Source: Oculatellaceae cyanobacterium bins.114
GTDB taxonomy: Bacteria > Cyanobacteriota > Cyanobacteriia > Elainellales > Elainellaceae
DNA length: 40,308 nucleotides
Assembly (NCBI GenBank): GCA_033764315.1
Contig: JANRJA010000119.1
Location: 1-40,308 of the forward strand
Reading direction: 5' to 3'
Positions 9,405 through 18,760 of this stretch are shown one piece after another. Position 1 is the stretch's first letter; every line of letters starts with the position of its first letter. The notes beneath the pieces are model-generated. The model saw only the letters and a list, made by a program, of their open reading frames with translations, did no database searches and was not told the DNA's origin. The position numbers and the translations under genes are program-made.

Positions 9405-12359
9405 ATGCACGACACCGACTGGACTGTTATTGAAACGGCTGAATCAACCTTCAATCCCACTCAGCTACATCACAAAGAGACTGTTTTTACACTCGGAAAT
9501 GGCTACTTAGGCACCCGTGGTGCTTTTGAAGAGGGTTATCCGGGAGCCTGTCCCGCAACTTTAATTAACGGCATATATGACGATGCTCCGTTGGTGGCGA
9601 CAGAACTGGCAAACTGCCCAGATTGGTTGCCACTGGTGATTATCATTGGGGGCGATCGCTTTCGGTTAGATCAGGGCGACGTTTTGAGTTATCAACGGTG
9701 GCTTGATCTACAACGGGGTGTGCTCAACCGTCAGGTGCGTTGGCGCAGTCCATCAGGGCACACTGTAGAACTGCTTTTTGAGCGGTTTGCGAGCCTAGCC
9801 GATCAACATGTTTTGGCATTACGCTGTCAGATCACCTCGATTGACTATACTGGGGCGATCGAAGTTCATACTAGCTTGAATGGATACCCAGATAATCAGG
9901 GGTTAATGCACTGGAACATCCTGAATCAGATGGCTTGTGGTCACGCCATTGGTTTACATGTGCGTTGTCGCCACTCTAAACACGAAGTAGCGATGGCAGC
10001 TCAGTTGCAGGTGGTTGGTGTAGACGACATCGACACACGGGCGATCGCTTTTCAAGGGTTTCCTACGCTGGTAACACAGTTTGAGATCCAGGTGGGGCAA
10101 GCGGTGACGCTAGAAAAACGGGTGACAGTCTTTACCTCCCGTGATAACCGAGTTCCTTTTGAGGCAGCTCTCGACAAGCTTAATCACCTGCCGGGATACG
10201 CCATTTTGTTAGCTAGCCACATTACCGCATGGGCCAAGATTTGGGAGAGCAATAATGTTGTGATTGAGGGCGATGCCACCGCTCAACTCGCCATTCGCTA
10301 TAACCTGTTTCAACTATTGTCAGCGGCTCCTCGTCACGACGATCGCGTCAGCATTCCAGCTAAAACACTCTCTGGCTTTGCCTATCGAGGACATGTCTTT
10401 TGGGACACTGAGATATTTTTGTTGCCCTGTCTCAACCTGACTCAACCGGCCTTGGCCCAAAATCTGCTGACCTACCGCTATCACAGTTTGCCAGGGGCAC
10501 GCCGCAAAGCGCAGACCCAAGGCTATGAAGGCGCGATGTATGCCTGGGAAAGTGCTGAGACGGGGGATGAAGTCACTCCCACCTGGGTGCCTGGTCCCGA
10601 TGGCAAAGGCTTAGTGCGCATCTGGTGCGGTGACATTGAGTTGCACATCAACACTGACATCGCCTATGCCATCTGGCACTATTGGCACGTCACTGGAGAT
10701 GATGCATGGATGCGGGCGTATGGTGCAGAAATCATCCTCGATACAGCCGTGTTTTGGGGCAGTCGGGCCGAGTGGAATCCAACCCATCACCGCTTTGAAA
10801 TCCGCGATGTGATTGGGCCTGATGAATACCACGAACAAGTTGATAACAATGCCTTTACCAATCGCATGGTGCAGTGGCATTTACAGATTGCTTTAGAGAC
10901 GTTGGAGTGGTTGCGTCAAGTTGATCCAACTCATGCCACAACGTTAGAGCAACAATTGGATCTGGGCAGCACTCGCCTCGCACACTGGCGCAACATGATT
11001 CGACATTTGTGGGTGCCCACCGATTTAATCACTGGATTGATTGAGCAGTTTGAGGGTTTCTTTGCGCGAGAAGACATTGACTTGATGGCATATGAACCTC
11101 GCACTCGCTCAATGCAAGCCATCTTGGGGATTGAAGGAGCCAAGGAACACCAAGTCCTCAAGCAAGCCGATGTGGTGATGCTACTGTACATGTTGCGAGA
11201 TGGGGTGTTTGGGGATGGGGCGGTGCATTACGATCGCCAAATTTTGCAAACTAATTGGGACTATTACGTTCCCCGCACCGATCACACCTATGGCTCATCT
11301 TTAGGTCCTCCAGTTCACGCCGTTCTGGCTTGTGAGATGGGCAAACCCGATGAGGCATACGAACACTTCATGCGCTCTGCTCTGGTAGATTTAGCAGACG
11401 TACGAGGCAATGCAGCGGAGGGAATTCATGCCGCTTCGACTGGAGGGGTGTGGCAAGCGGTGGTGTTTGGCTTTGGCGGTGTGCGGCTAACCCAAAATGG
11501 TCCTGTGGCAGACCCTAAACTCCCCCCTCACTGGACTCGCTTGCAGTTTAAGTTGGTGTGGCGCGGACAACCCTATGAGTTTGATTTGCGACCCTCTCTG
11601 CCACTCACGGTTCCATCTGATATTCAACCCAGAGTAGAGCGATCGCCCCTATTGCCAATCCAGGGTGTGATTTTTGACCTGGATGGAGTCCTCACTGATA
11701 CCTCTGAGTTTCACTATTTGGGCTGGAAACGCCTCGCCGATGAAGAACATCTTGCTTTTGATCGCACTGCCAATGAAGCGTTGCGGGGTGTCTCTCGACG
11801 TGATTCTTTGTTGCGACTGTTGCAGGGACGCTCTGTCAATGAAGATGAGTTGCAAGCCATGATGGCACGTAAAAACCGTTATTATCTGGACTTGATTCGT
11901 ACCATCACCCCTGACCATTTATTACCGGGTGTGAAGCAGTTGTTAACTGAGTTAAACACCGCTGGAATTCAGGTGGCACTTGGCTCTGCTAGCAAAAATG
12001 CACGAGAAGTGATTGAGCGATTGGGCATTGCTCATCATATTCAGGCGATCGCTGATGGTCACAGTGTGGCGCAGTCAAAACCTGCCCCAGATGTGTTTCT
12101 CTATGCCGCACAACAACTCGATTTAGCCCCTGCTAATTGCATCGTCGTTGAAGATGCGGCTTCTGGTATCGAGGCAGCACTCAGAGCAGGCATGTGGTCA
12201 GTCGGGTTAGGGCCTAATGAACGAGTCGGGGCGGCTCATCTAGTGTTGCCCAACCTGGCAGAAGTCCGGTGGGAAACATTGCTCAACCAACTAAGCCACG
12301 CTGTTTGTACAACCGCGATCGAGTTGTCAGTGCAAAATCTAGTACAACAACGACGTTAA
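9405..12359 (+). CDS. GH65 glycoside phosphorylase (kojibiose/trehalose/glucosylglycerol phosphorylase family) fused to a C-terminal beta-phosphoglucomutase (HAD)
   Basis: GH65 motifs GNGYLGTRG, GHVFWDTE, GPDEYHE, KQADV, SSL; HAD motifs IFDLDGVLTDT, SASKNA, KPAPDVF, VEDAASG. Confidence 0.92.
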   Translation: MHDTDWTVIETAESTFNPTQLHHKETVFTLGNGYLGTRGAFEEGYPGACPATLINGIYDDAPLVATELANCPDWLPLVIIIGGDRFRLDQGDVLSYQRWLDLQRGVLNRQVRWRSPSGHTVELLFERFASLADQHVLALRCQITSIDYTGAIEVHTSLNGYPDNQGLMHWNILNQMACGHAIGLHVRCRHSKHEVAMAAQLQVVGVDDIDTRAIAFQGFPTLVTQFEIQVGQAVTLEKRVTVFTSRDNRVPFEAALDKLNHLPGYAILLASHITAWAKIWESNNVVIEGDATAQLAIRYNLFQLLSAAPRHDDRVSIPAKTLSGFAYRGHVFWDTEIFLLPCLNLTQPALAQNLLTYRYHSLPGARRKAQTQGYEGAMYAWESAETGDEVTPTWVPGPDGKGLVRIWCGDIELHINTDIAYAIWHYWHVTGDDAWMRAYGAEIILDTAVFWGSRAEWNPTHHRFEIRDVIGPDEYHEQVDNNAFTNRMVQWHLQIALETLEWLRQVDPTHATTLEQQLDLGSTRLAHWRNMIRHLWVPTDLITGLIEQFEGFFAREDIDLMAYEPRTRSMQAILGIEGAKEHQVLKQADVVMLLYMLRDGVFGDGAVHYDRQILQTNWDYYVPRTDHTYGSSLGPPVHAVLACEMGKPDEAYEHFMRSALVDLADVRGNAAEGIHAASTGGVWQAVVFGFGGVRLTQNGPVADPKLPPHWTRLQFKLVWRGQPYEFDLRPSLPLTVPSDIQPRVERSPLLPIQGVIFDLDGVLTDTSEFHYLGWKRLADEEHLAFDRTANEALRGVSRRDSLLRLLQGRSVNEDELQAMMARKNRYYLDLIRTITPDHLLPGVKQLLTELNTAGIQVALGSASKNAREVIERLGIAHHIQAIADGHSVAQSKPAPDVFLYAAQQLDLAPANCIVVEDAASGIEAALRAGMWSVGLGPNERVGAAHLVLPNLAEVRWETLLNQLSHAVCTTAIELSVQNLVQQRR

Positions 12360-12422
12360 ATCAGGCAGTGAGCGTTTAGTAACGTAGCTTTACGATGAAT
12401 GCTGGATAGCATCCTTAATTTC

Positions 12423-12585
12423 ACGTCAGTTCGGTTTAAGAGCCTAGCGAATAAATTCGCAGCTATCAGAGCGAAGTTCGCCTTCGCGAACTACAGACAA
12501 TCAAGGGTTGAGTGAACCGACGCAGGTCGGTTTTGCTCCTGTAGTTGTGGTTTCAACCGCCAAAATCCTTATCCCGAATTCACGT
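12423..12585. mobile_element. MITE-like element with ACGT(C/G)A ends containing REP-like palindromes
   Basis: Left end ACGTCAGTTCGGTTTAAG versus reverse-complemented right end ACGTGAATTCGGGATAAG; internal hairpins GCGAATAAATTCGC, AGTTCGCCTTCGCGAACT, AACCGACGCAGGTCGGTT; TAATTTC on both flanks; homolog at about 28150-28726. Confidence 0.75.
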
Positions 12586-12686
12586 TAATTTCGGTGTTAT
12601 CCGGTATTTCTAATAATCAATACCCTTTCACGAATTGTCGCGTCTCCATTCAAAAGATGAAGTTCAAGACGGTCTGCGGCGGGTGT

Positions 12687-12791
12687 TGTAGCTGTGCTAG
12701 CTAACCTAGGACAAAGGGGGTGTGGGGGCACCGCCCCCAGCCAGGGGTTCCACCCCTGCACCCCGTCCTAACCTAAATGACTACAGCTATA
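12687..12791. mobile_element. MITE-like element related to 4812-4910
   Basis: Ends TGTAGCTGT / ACAGCTATA; shared GC-rich hairpin core; inner inverted repeat TAGGAC/GTCCTA. Confidence 0.7.
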
Positions 12792-12817
12792 TACCAAACC
12801 TCAAGGCAAATCAGCTA

Positions 12818-14326
12818 TCACACTCGACTATACAACTGTGTTAGCTGACGTAGCCGTTGGCTTAATTCATCTGTTAGCAGATCTGAACTGGTATATCGCC
12901 AACGCCAATTGCCAGGAATTTTGCTGGGGTCATTCATGCGGGCGCGATCGCCCAACCCCAACAAATCTTGTAGAGGCAAAATGGCGGAGTTGGCTACTGA
13001 TGCTAATGCCATGCGAATCAAAACCCAATTGATGTCGTGGATATCATCAGCCCTAGCGTAACCGAGATAGCTTGCCAAGTGATTTTTGGCTTGAGCACTG
13101 GCTTGATTCCACCAGCCAATTGCTGTGTCATTGTCATGCGTCCCCGAATAGACGATGCAATTTTGAATGTAGTGATGGGGCAAATGAATGCTATCTGAAC
13201 CATCAAAGGCAAACATCAAAATCCGCATGCCGGGGAAGTGAAAGCGATCGCGCAATTCCTCAACTTCGGGGGTAATGATGCCCAGATCTTCGGCCAAGAT
13301 TGGTAGGCTGCCCAATCGTTTTTGCAGCGTCTCAAAGAACTCTTGACCGGGGGCTTTGACCCACTCCCCATTGATGGCGGTGGGTTCTCCAGCCCGAACC
13401 TGCCAGTATGCCTCAAACCCGCGAAAGTGGTCTACCCGGACTAAATCGACATATTGCAACGTCGCCTTGAACCTCTGAATCCACCAATCAAACTGTGTTT
13501 GTTGCGATCGCTCCCACTCGTAAACCGGGTTGCCCCACAGTTGCCCTGTCTCACTAAAGTAATCGGGCGGCACTCCAGCAATATAGGCGGGTTCCAACGT
13601 GTGTGGATCGAGCTTAAATAGCTCTGGGTTTGCCCAAACATCGGCACTGTTGTGACACACATAAATCGAGACATCTCCAATAATCTGGATGTTGCGTTGA
13701 TTGGCATAGGCCCGTAATCGCGACCACTGCTCAAAAAATTTGAACTGCAAAAATCGCTGAAATTGAACACTGTCATGCAATATCCTGGCCTGCTCTTGCA
13801 ACGCCGCCGGATCACGTCGGGCAATACTAGACTCCCACTGGCTCCAGGGTTTGCCTCCGTTAGCATCGAGCAACGCCATGAACAAGACAAAATCATCTAG
13901 CCACCAAGCTTGTTGTTGACAAAACTGCTCAAATAAATGGTTTTGTTCGTGGGTGAGGGACTTCTGAAAGCGATCGCCCGCCCGTCTCAAAAACTCAAAC
14001 TTATAGGGAATGACCCGATCAAAATCCACCTGCTCTGGATTTGTATCTGCGAATGGCACCAGTTCATAAGCATCGAGTAATCCGTCTTCTGCCAATTGCT
14101 CCAAGCTAATTAACAGTGGATTGCCAGCAAACGCACTGAAATTCATGGTGTAGGGCGAATGATCATACCCTGTTGGCCCCAATGGCAAGATCTGCCACAA
14201 CCGTTGACCACTCCGCTCTAAAAAATCTACAAACGCATAGGCAGATTGCCCTAGATCTCCAATGCCAAAGGGACTGGGAAGAGACGTTGGATGCAACAAG
14301 ATTCCACTGGCGCGTTGAAAACCCAT
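12818..14326 (-). CDS. malQ: 4-alpha-glucanotransferase (amylomaltase, GH77)
   Basis: RASGILLHPTSL, GVPPDYFSETGQLWGNP, RVDHFRG, LAEDLG, GTHDNDT; start taken at MGFQRASG. Confidence 0.96.
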   Translation of the reverse strand: MGFQRASGILLHPTSLPSPFGIGDLGQSAYAFVDFLERSGQRLWQILPLGPTGYDHSPYTMNFSAFAGNPLLISLEQLAEDGLLDAYELVPFADTNPEQVDFDRVIPYKFEFLRRAGDRFQKSLTHEQNHLFEQFCQQQAWWLDDFVLFMALLDANGGKPWSQWESSIARRDPAALQEQARILHDSVQFQRFLQFKFFEQWSRLRAYANQRNIQIIGDVSIYVCHNSADVWANPELFKLDPHTLEPAYIAGVPPDYFSETGQLWGNPVYEWERSQQTQFDWWIQRFKATLQYVDLVRVDHFRGFEAYWQVRAGEPTAINGEWVKAPGQEFFETLQKRLGSLPILAEDLGIITPEVEELRDRFHFPGMRILMFAFDGSDSIHLPHHYIQNCIVYSGTHDNDTAIGWWNQASAQAKNHLASYLGYARADDIHDINWVLIRMALASVANSAILPLQDLLGLGDRARMNDPSKIPGNWRWRYTSSDLLTDELSQRLRQLTQLYSRV

Positions 14327-14519
14327 GATTTGTGTGGTGTAAACGAGGTGTAAACAAAGATAGAAGGAGTGGGTGAATATAGTGCTTCTGAGCAAACCGA
14401 AGTTCGTATCAACTCTAGTACAGGCAAGCTGGGGGCGAGATCTACCTAGAGGCTACCGTGTTCAGTTCACACCCAAAATAACTCGTAACTCCTGACCCAC
14501 ATGTGACCCATACGGGACT

Positions 14520-14616
14520 TACAGCGGTTGTGCACTTGTATAAGCCACACGTGCCTATCTACCCAACCACTCATCCACACTGCGTATTGGTGGTTTACTC
14601 ATCCGAAAATCACTGT
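14520..14616. mobile_element. Degenerate MITE-like element between the divergent malQ and treS genes
   Basis: Imperfect ends ACAGCGGTT / AATCACTGT. Confidence 0.4.
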
Positions 14617-14726
14617 GTAACCGTGACCACTGCGACTTAACATTGCAGGTCTCCTACCTCCGCAAGATGGGTAATGCAAAAATTTCGGTTATTTTCTTAT
14701 CGGAAGTATAGTCGGCTTTGTTAATT

Positions 14727-17700
14727 GTGATCTCAAGAAACGATCCACTTTGGTTCAAAAACGCCATTATTTACGAAGTTCCCGTTCGTGCCTTTGCAGA
14801 TAGCAATGGGGATGGGATTGGCGATTTTCAGGGATTAACTGAAAGGCTCGATTATCTTCAAGAACTGGGAGTTACCGCCCTTTGGATTTTGCCCTTTTTT
14901 CCATCGCCGCTGCGAGATGATGGATACGACATTGCCGACTACACCAGTGTTAACCCAATTTATGGGACGATCGCCGACTTTAAAGCGTTTCTAGAGGCAG
15001 CACACCAGCGCGACATTCGGGTGATCATCGAGTTGATTGTCAATCACACCTCCGATCAACATCCCTGGTTTCAGCGTGCCCGCAGAGCACCCAAAGGCAG
15101 TCCAGAACGTGACTTTTATGTGTGGAGTGACACGCCAGAGAAATATCAGGAAGCGCGTATCATCTTCCAAGATTTTGAGTCGTCTAACTGGGCCTGGGAT
15201 CCGATCGCCAAAGCCTATTACTGGCATCGGTTCTACTCTCATCAACCAGACTTAAATTATGACAATCCAGCAGTTCAGCAAGCGGTATTTGAGGTACTCG
15301 ATTTTTGGTTGAATATGGGAGTGGATGGGCTACGGATGGATGCGGTGCCCTATTTATATGAGCGAGAAGGGACGAACTGCGAAAACTTGCAAGAGACCCA
15401 CGACTTTTTAAAGCAGTTGCGGCAACGGGTTGATGCTAACTATCCCAACCGCATGTTGTTGGCGGAGGCAAACCAGTGGCCCGAAGATGCCGCCGCCTAC
15501 TACGGCGATGGCGATGAGTGCCATATGAACTTCCACTTTCCGCTGATGCCGCGTTTGTTTATGGCATTGCGAATGGAAGACAACTTTCCCATTGTGGATA
15601 TCCTTCAACAAACGCCGCCGATTCCTGATAACTGTCAGTGGGGGCTGTTTTTGCGAAACCACGATGAGTTGACCCTGGAAATGGTGACAGATGAAGATCG
15701 CGACTATATGTATCGCGTCTATGCCCATGACCCAGAAATGCGGTTGAATTTGGGGATTCGACGACGGTTAGCCCCTTTGCTGGGCAACGATCGCCGCCAG
15801 ATTGAACTGCTCAACAGTTTATTGCTATCGCTTCCAGGCACTCCGGTGCTATATTACGGCGATGAAATTGGCATGGGTGATAACGTCTATGTGGGCGATC
15901 GCAACGGGGTACGCACTCCCATGCAGTGGAGTCCTGATCGCAATGCGGGCTTTAGTCGAGCCAATCCGCAGCGATTATACTTGCCCCTAATTGTCGATTC
16001 CGAGTATCACTACAACACAGTCAACGTAGAAGCACAACGGGCTAATGCTAATTCGCTATTAAACTCAATGAGACGGTTAATCGCCACCCGCAAACGATTT
16101 CAAGCAATGGGGCGAGGTGATTTTCAACTGTTGCACCCCAACAATCGCAAAGTGCTTGCCTTTACACGCACCTACGATGATGAGCAAATTTTAGTGGTGG
16201 CAAATTTGTCTCGCTTTGTGCAAACGGTGGATCTGGATTTGTCTGGGTTTAAAGGATGGATACCAGAAGAAATCTTTGGGCGGACAGAGTTTCCAGCGAT
16301 TGAGGACATGCCCTATTTCCTCAGCATTGGGCCTTATGCTGTCTACTGGTTTAGGTTGAAACTACAACCGAGTGCGTTGCCCTCTAAAACCCAGTCTGAA
16401 ATCCCCACTCTGGCAATTACAGGTGAGTGGCAGTCTATCTTGACTCAAGCCGATGTGAGAAGCAAATTAGAGTCGCTGTTGCCAGACTATTTGTCAAACT
16501 TTTGGTGGTTTGGAGGCAGGACTCGCACCGTCCAAACCGCTCGAATGATTGAAGCGATCGCCCTGCCCTATGAAGACAAAACAGCCTATATTGTGGGGTT
16601 TCAAGTCGATTACATTCAAGGCGATCCGCAAATCTATCTGCTGTTTCTCACTGACGCCAAGGGAGAACAAGCCCTGCAATTGCTCAATGACTCTCCACAA
16701 TCGGTCGTCGCTCGATTGCGCGGCGCAGGACAAGATGAGGTTGCTATCTTGATCGATGCGATCGCTGATAAACCCTTTTTGAACTCGCTGCTCGATCGAG
16801 TGGCTCACACCCAAACCTACCCCGGCAAAATGGGTGAGTTGGTCATGGTGCCGACTGACTTATTTCACTCCCTCAGCGGCAGCGACGACGTAGAGCCCAC
16901 TCTCTTAAAAGGCGATCACAGCAATATCTCGGTGATTTACTGGGATCCCATGAAAGGCGCAACTTCGCCTCAACTCATCTTGAAACTGTTTCGCAAGATT
17001 GAGGAGGGTATCAACCCCGATTTAGAAATGCGGCAATTTTTGGATACCGATCAACGCTTTGCCAATATCACGTCGATCGCGGGCTATCTAGACTACCATC
17101 GAGAGAAAGCAGCACCCGTCACGGTGGGCATCTTGCAGGAATACATCCCCGATGCTCGAAACACCTGGGATTATACCCTAGACAGCCTGCGAGACTATTT
17201 TGAATATGTCCTGGTGCAGCACACTGATCTGGCTGAGGTGCCAGTGCCATCAGAGTCATTGTTAGAGCTGCAATCTGTGTTTGCAGCCGAAGCCAAGATC
17301 GAAGAAACGGGAGCACGGGGACATGGCGACACCGGGGCACTGTCAGCCGCTCATTCACTCCATGCAGCCGCAGGAATTGATGTGCAAACAGGCAGACTAT
17401 TTGCCGCTCAAATGGTCGGTTCCTATCTAGCCAATGTGCAACTGTTGGGACAGCGAACCGCTGAATTGCATATCGCTTTAGCATCTGCCCCAGATATCCC
17501 TGATTTTGCCCCAGAACCCTTCACCTCGTTGTATCAGCGATCGATCTATCAATATTGTCGCAATCTCACCGGACATGTCTTTTTGCAATTGCGCGATCGC
17601 CTCCACACCCTACCCGACGATACCCAAGCTCTGGCAAACACAGCGTTGAGTCAGCATGAGCGATATCTAGCGCGATTCCGGCTGATTTTAGACCAAAAGA

Positions 17701-18170
17701 TAACAGCCAAACGGACTCGTTATCATGGCGATTACCATTTAGGGCAAGTGCTTTATACCGGCAAAGACTTTATCATCATTGACTTTGAAGGCAACACAAC
17801 TCGCACCCTCAGCGAACGACGAATGAAGCGATCGCCCCTGCGAGATGTGGCTGGGATGTTGCAATCCTTCCACTATGCAGCTAGCTATGCATTACAGAGT
17901 GAGGTAAACAGTGGCATGATTCACCCCGATCAATATGCTCGAATGCACCAATGGAGTCAGTTTTGGGAGTATTGGGTAAGTGCTGCCTTTTTGCATACCT
18001 ATTTAGCAACGGCAAACCAGGACTCTTTCTTGCCTACAAATCAACAAGAGTTAAAAGTGTTGCTAGACCATTACCTGTTAGAACGAGCCATTCAAGACCT
18101 GAACTATGAACTCAATAATCGTCCAGAGCACATCAAAATTCCACTGCAACGCATCTTGCAATTTAAGTAA
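14727..18170 (+). CDS. treS: Trehalose synthase TreS fused to a maltokinase (Pep2/Mak) domain
   Basis: GH13 motifs NHTSDQHPWF, GLRMDAV, LAEANQW, FLRNHDELTLEMV; kinase motifs SN, LKLFR, HGDYHLGQVL, IIDFEG. GTG 14727 (or TTG 14718) start. Confidence 0.95.
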   Translation: MISRNDPLWFKNAIIYEVPVRAFADSNGDGIGDFQGLTERLDYLQELGVTALWILPFFPSPLRDDGYDIADYTSVNPIYGTIADFKAFLEAAHQRDIRVIIELIVNHTSDQHPWFQRARRAPKGSPERDFYVWSDTPEKYQEARIIFQDFESSNWAWDPIAKAYYWHRFYSHQPDLNYDNPAVQQAVFEVLDFWLNMGVDGLRMDAVPYLYEREGTNCENLQETHDFLKQLRQRVDANYPNRMLLAEANQWPEDAAAYYGDGDECHMNFHFPLMPRLFMALRMEDNFPIVDILQQTPPIPDNCQWGLFLRNHDELTLEMVTDEDRDYMYRVYAHDPEMRLNLGIRRRLAPLLGNDRRQIELLNSLLLSLPGTPVLYYGDEIGMGDNVYVGDRNGVRTPMQWSPDRNAGFSRANPQRLYLPLIVDSEYHYNTVNVEAQRANANSLLNSMRRLIATRKRFQAMGRGDFQLLHPNNRKVLAFTRTYDDEQILVVANLSRFVQTVDLDLSGFKGWIPEEIFGRTEFPAIEDMPYFLSIGPYAVYWFRLKLQPSALPSKTQSEIPTLAITGEWQSILTQADVRSKLESLLPDYLSNFWWFGGRTRTVQTARMIEAIALPYEDKTAYIVGFQVDYIQGDPQIYLLFLTDAKGEQALQLLNDSPQSVVARLRGAGQDEVAILIDAIADKPFLNSLLDRVAHTQTYPGKMGELVMVPTDLFHSLSGSDDVEPTLLKGDHSNISVIYWDPMKGATSPQLILKLFRKIEEGINPDLEMRQFLDTDQRFANITSIAGYLDYHREKAAPVTVGILQEYIPDARNTWDYTLDSLRDYFEYVLVQHTDLAEVPVPSESLLELQSVFAAEAKIEETGARGHGDTGALSAAHSLHAAAGIDVQTGRLFAAQMVGSYLANVQLLGQRTAELHIALASAPDIPDFAPEPFTSLYQRSIYQYCRNLTGHVFLQLRDRLHTLPDDTQALANTALSQHERYLARFRLILDQKITAKRTRYHGDYHLGQVLYTGKDFIIIDFEGNTTRTLSERRMKRSPLRDVAGMLQSFHYAASYALQSEVNSGMIHPDQYARMHQWSQFWEYWVSAAFLHTYLATANQDSFLPTNQQELKVLLDHYLLERAIQDLNYELNNRPEHIKIPLQRILQFK

Positions 18171-18181
18171 TTGACATCTGC

Positions 18182-18745
18182 TTAGACGCGATCGAGCGGT
18201 TGATGGGGTTCTGGAGGCAGTTCCACCCGAATGGCATCCCCCGGAAAAACCTCACCACTCAGCGAGACAATGCCCATAATGCCAGCCTTGCGGATCAACC
18301 GTCCCTGTTCATCGCGGCCTAACACGGCTGCCATCAATCCCGGTTGAAACTGATCCAACTGAGCACAGGGGTTGCGGAGTCCTGTCACCTGAACAACTGC
18401 CGTCTCACCCAAGTACAACCTGGTGTCTTTGGGTAACTTGAGCAGTTCAATGCCACGGGTGGTGATATTTTCACCCATCTGTCCTGCCGAGACGACAAAG
18501 CCAGCCACTCGCAACTCATCATGCAATTCGCTGTGAATCAAATGCACCTGGCGTAAGTTGGGCTGAGTTGGATCAGCAGCAACTCGCGATCGATGTTTAA
18601 CGGTCTCGCCCAGATGAGCATCCCCCTCAATGCCAAGCCCAGCCAGCAGTCGAATGCTCTCCTGAGTAGATTTGGCGAAGGTATGGGTAGCACTGCGACT
18701 GACTGCAACTACAACACCACGCATTCGTATTCTCCTGACAGCCAT
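18182..18745 (-). CDS. MOSC domain protein
   Basis: GLGIEGDAH, RQVHLI, GENITTRG, TGLRNPC (conserved Cys), GIMGIV..GEVFPGD. Confidence 0.9.
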   Translation of the reverse strand: MAVRRIRMRGVVVAVSRSATHTFAKSTQESIRLLAGLGIEGDAHLGETVKHRSRVAADPTQPNLRQVHLIHSELHDELRVAGFVVSAGQMGENITTRGIELLKLPKDTRLYLGETAVVQVTGLRNPCAQLDQFQPGLMAAVLGRDEQGRLIRKAGIMGIVSLSGEVFPGDAIRVELPPEPHQPLDRV

Positions 18746-18760
18746 GAGCCAATCTGCTGC

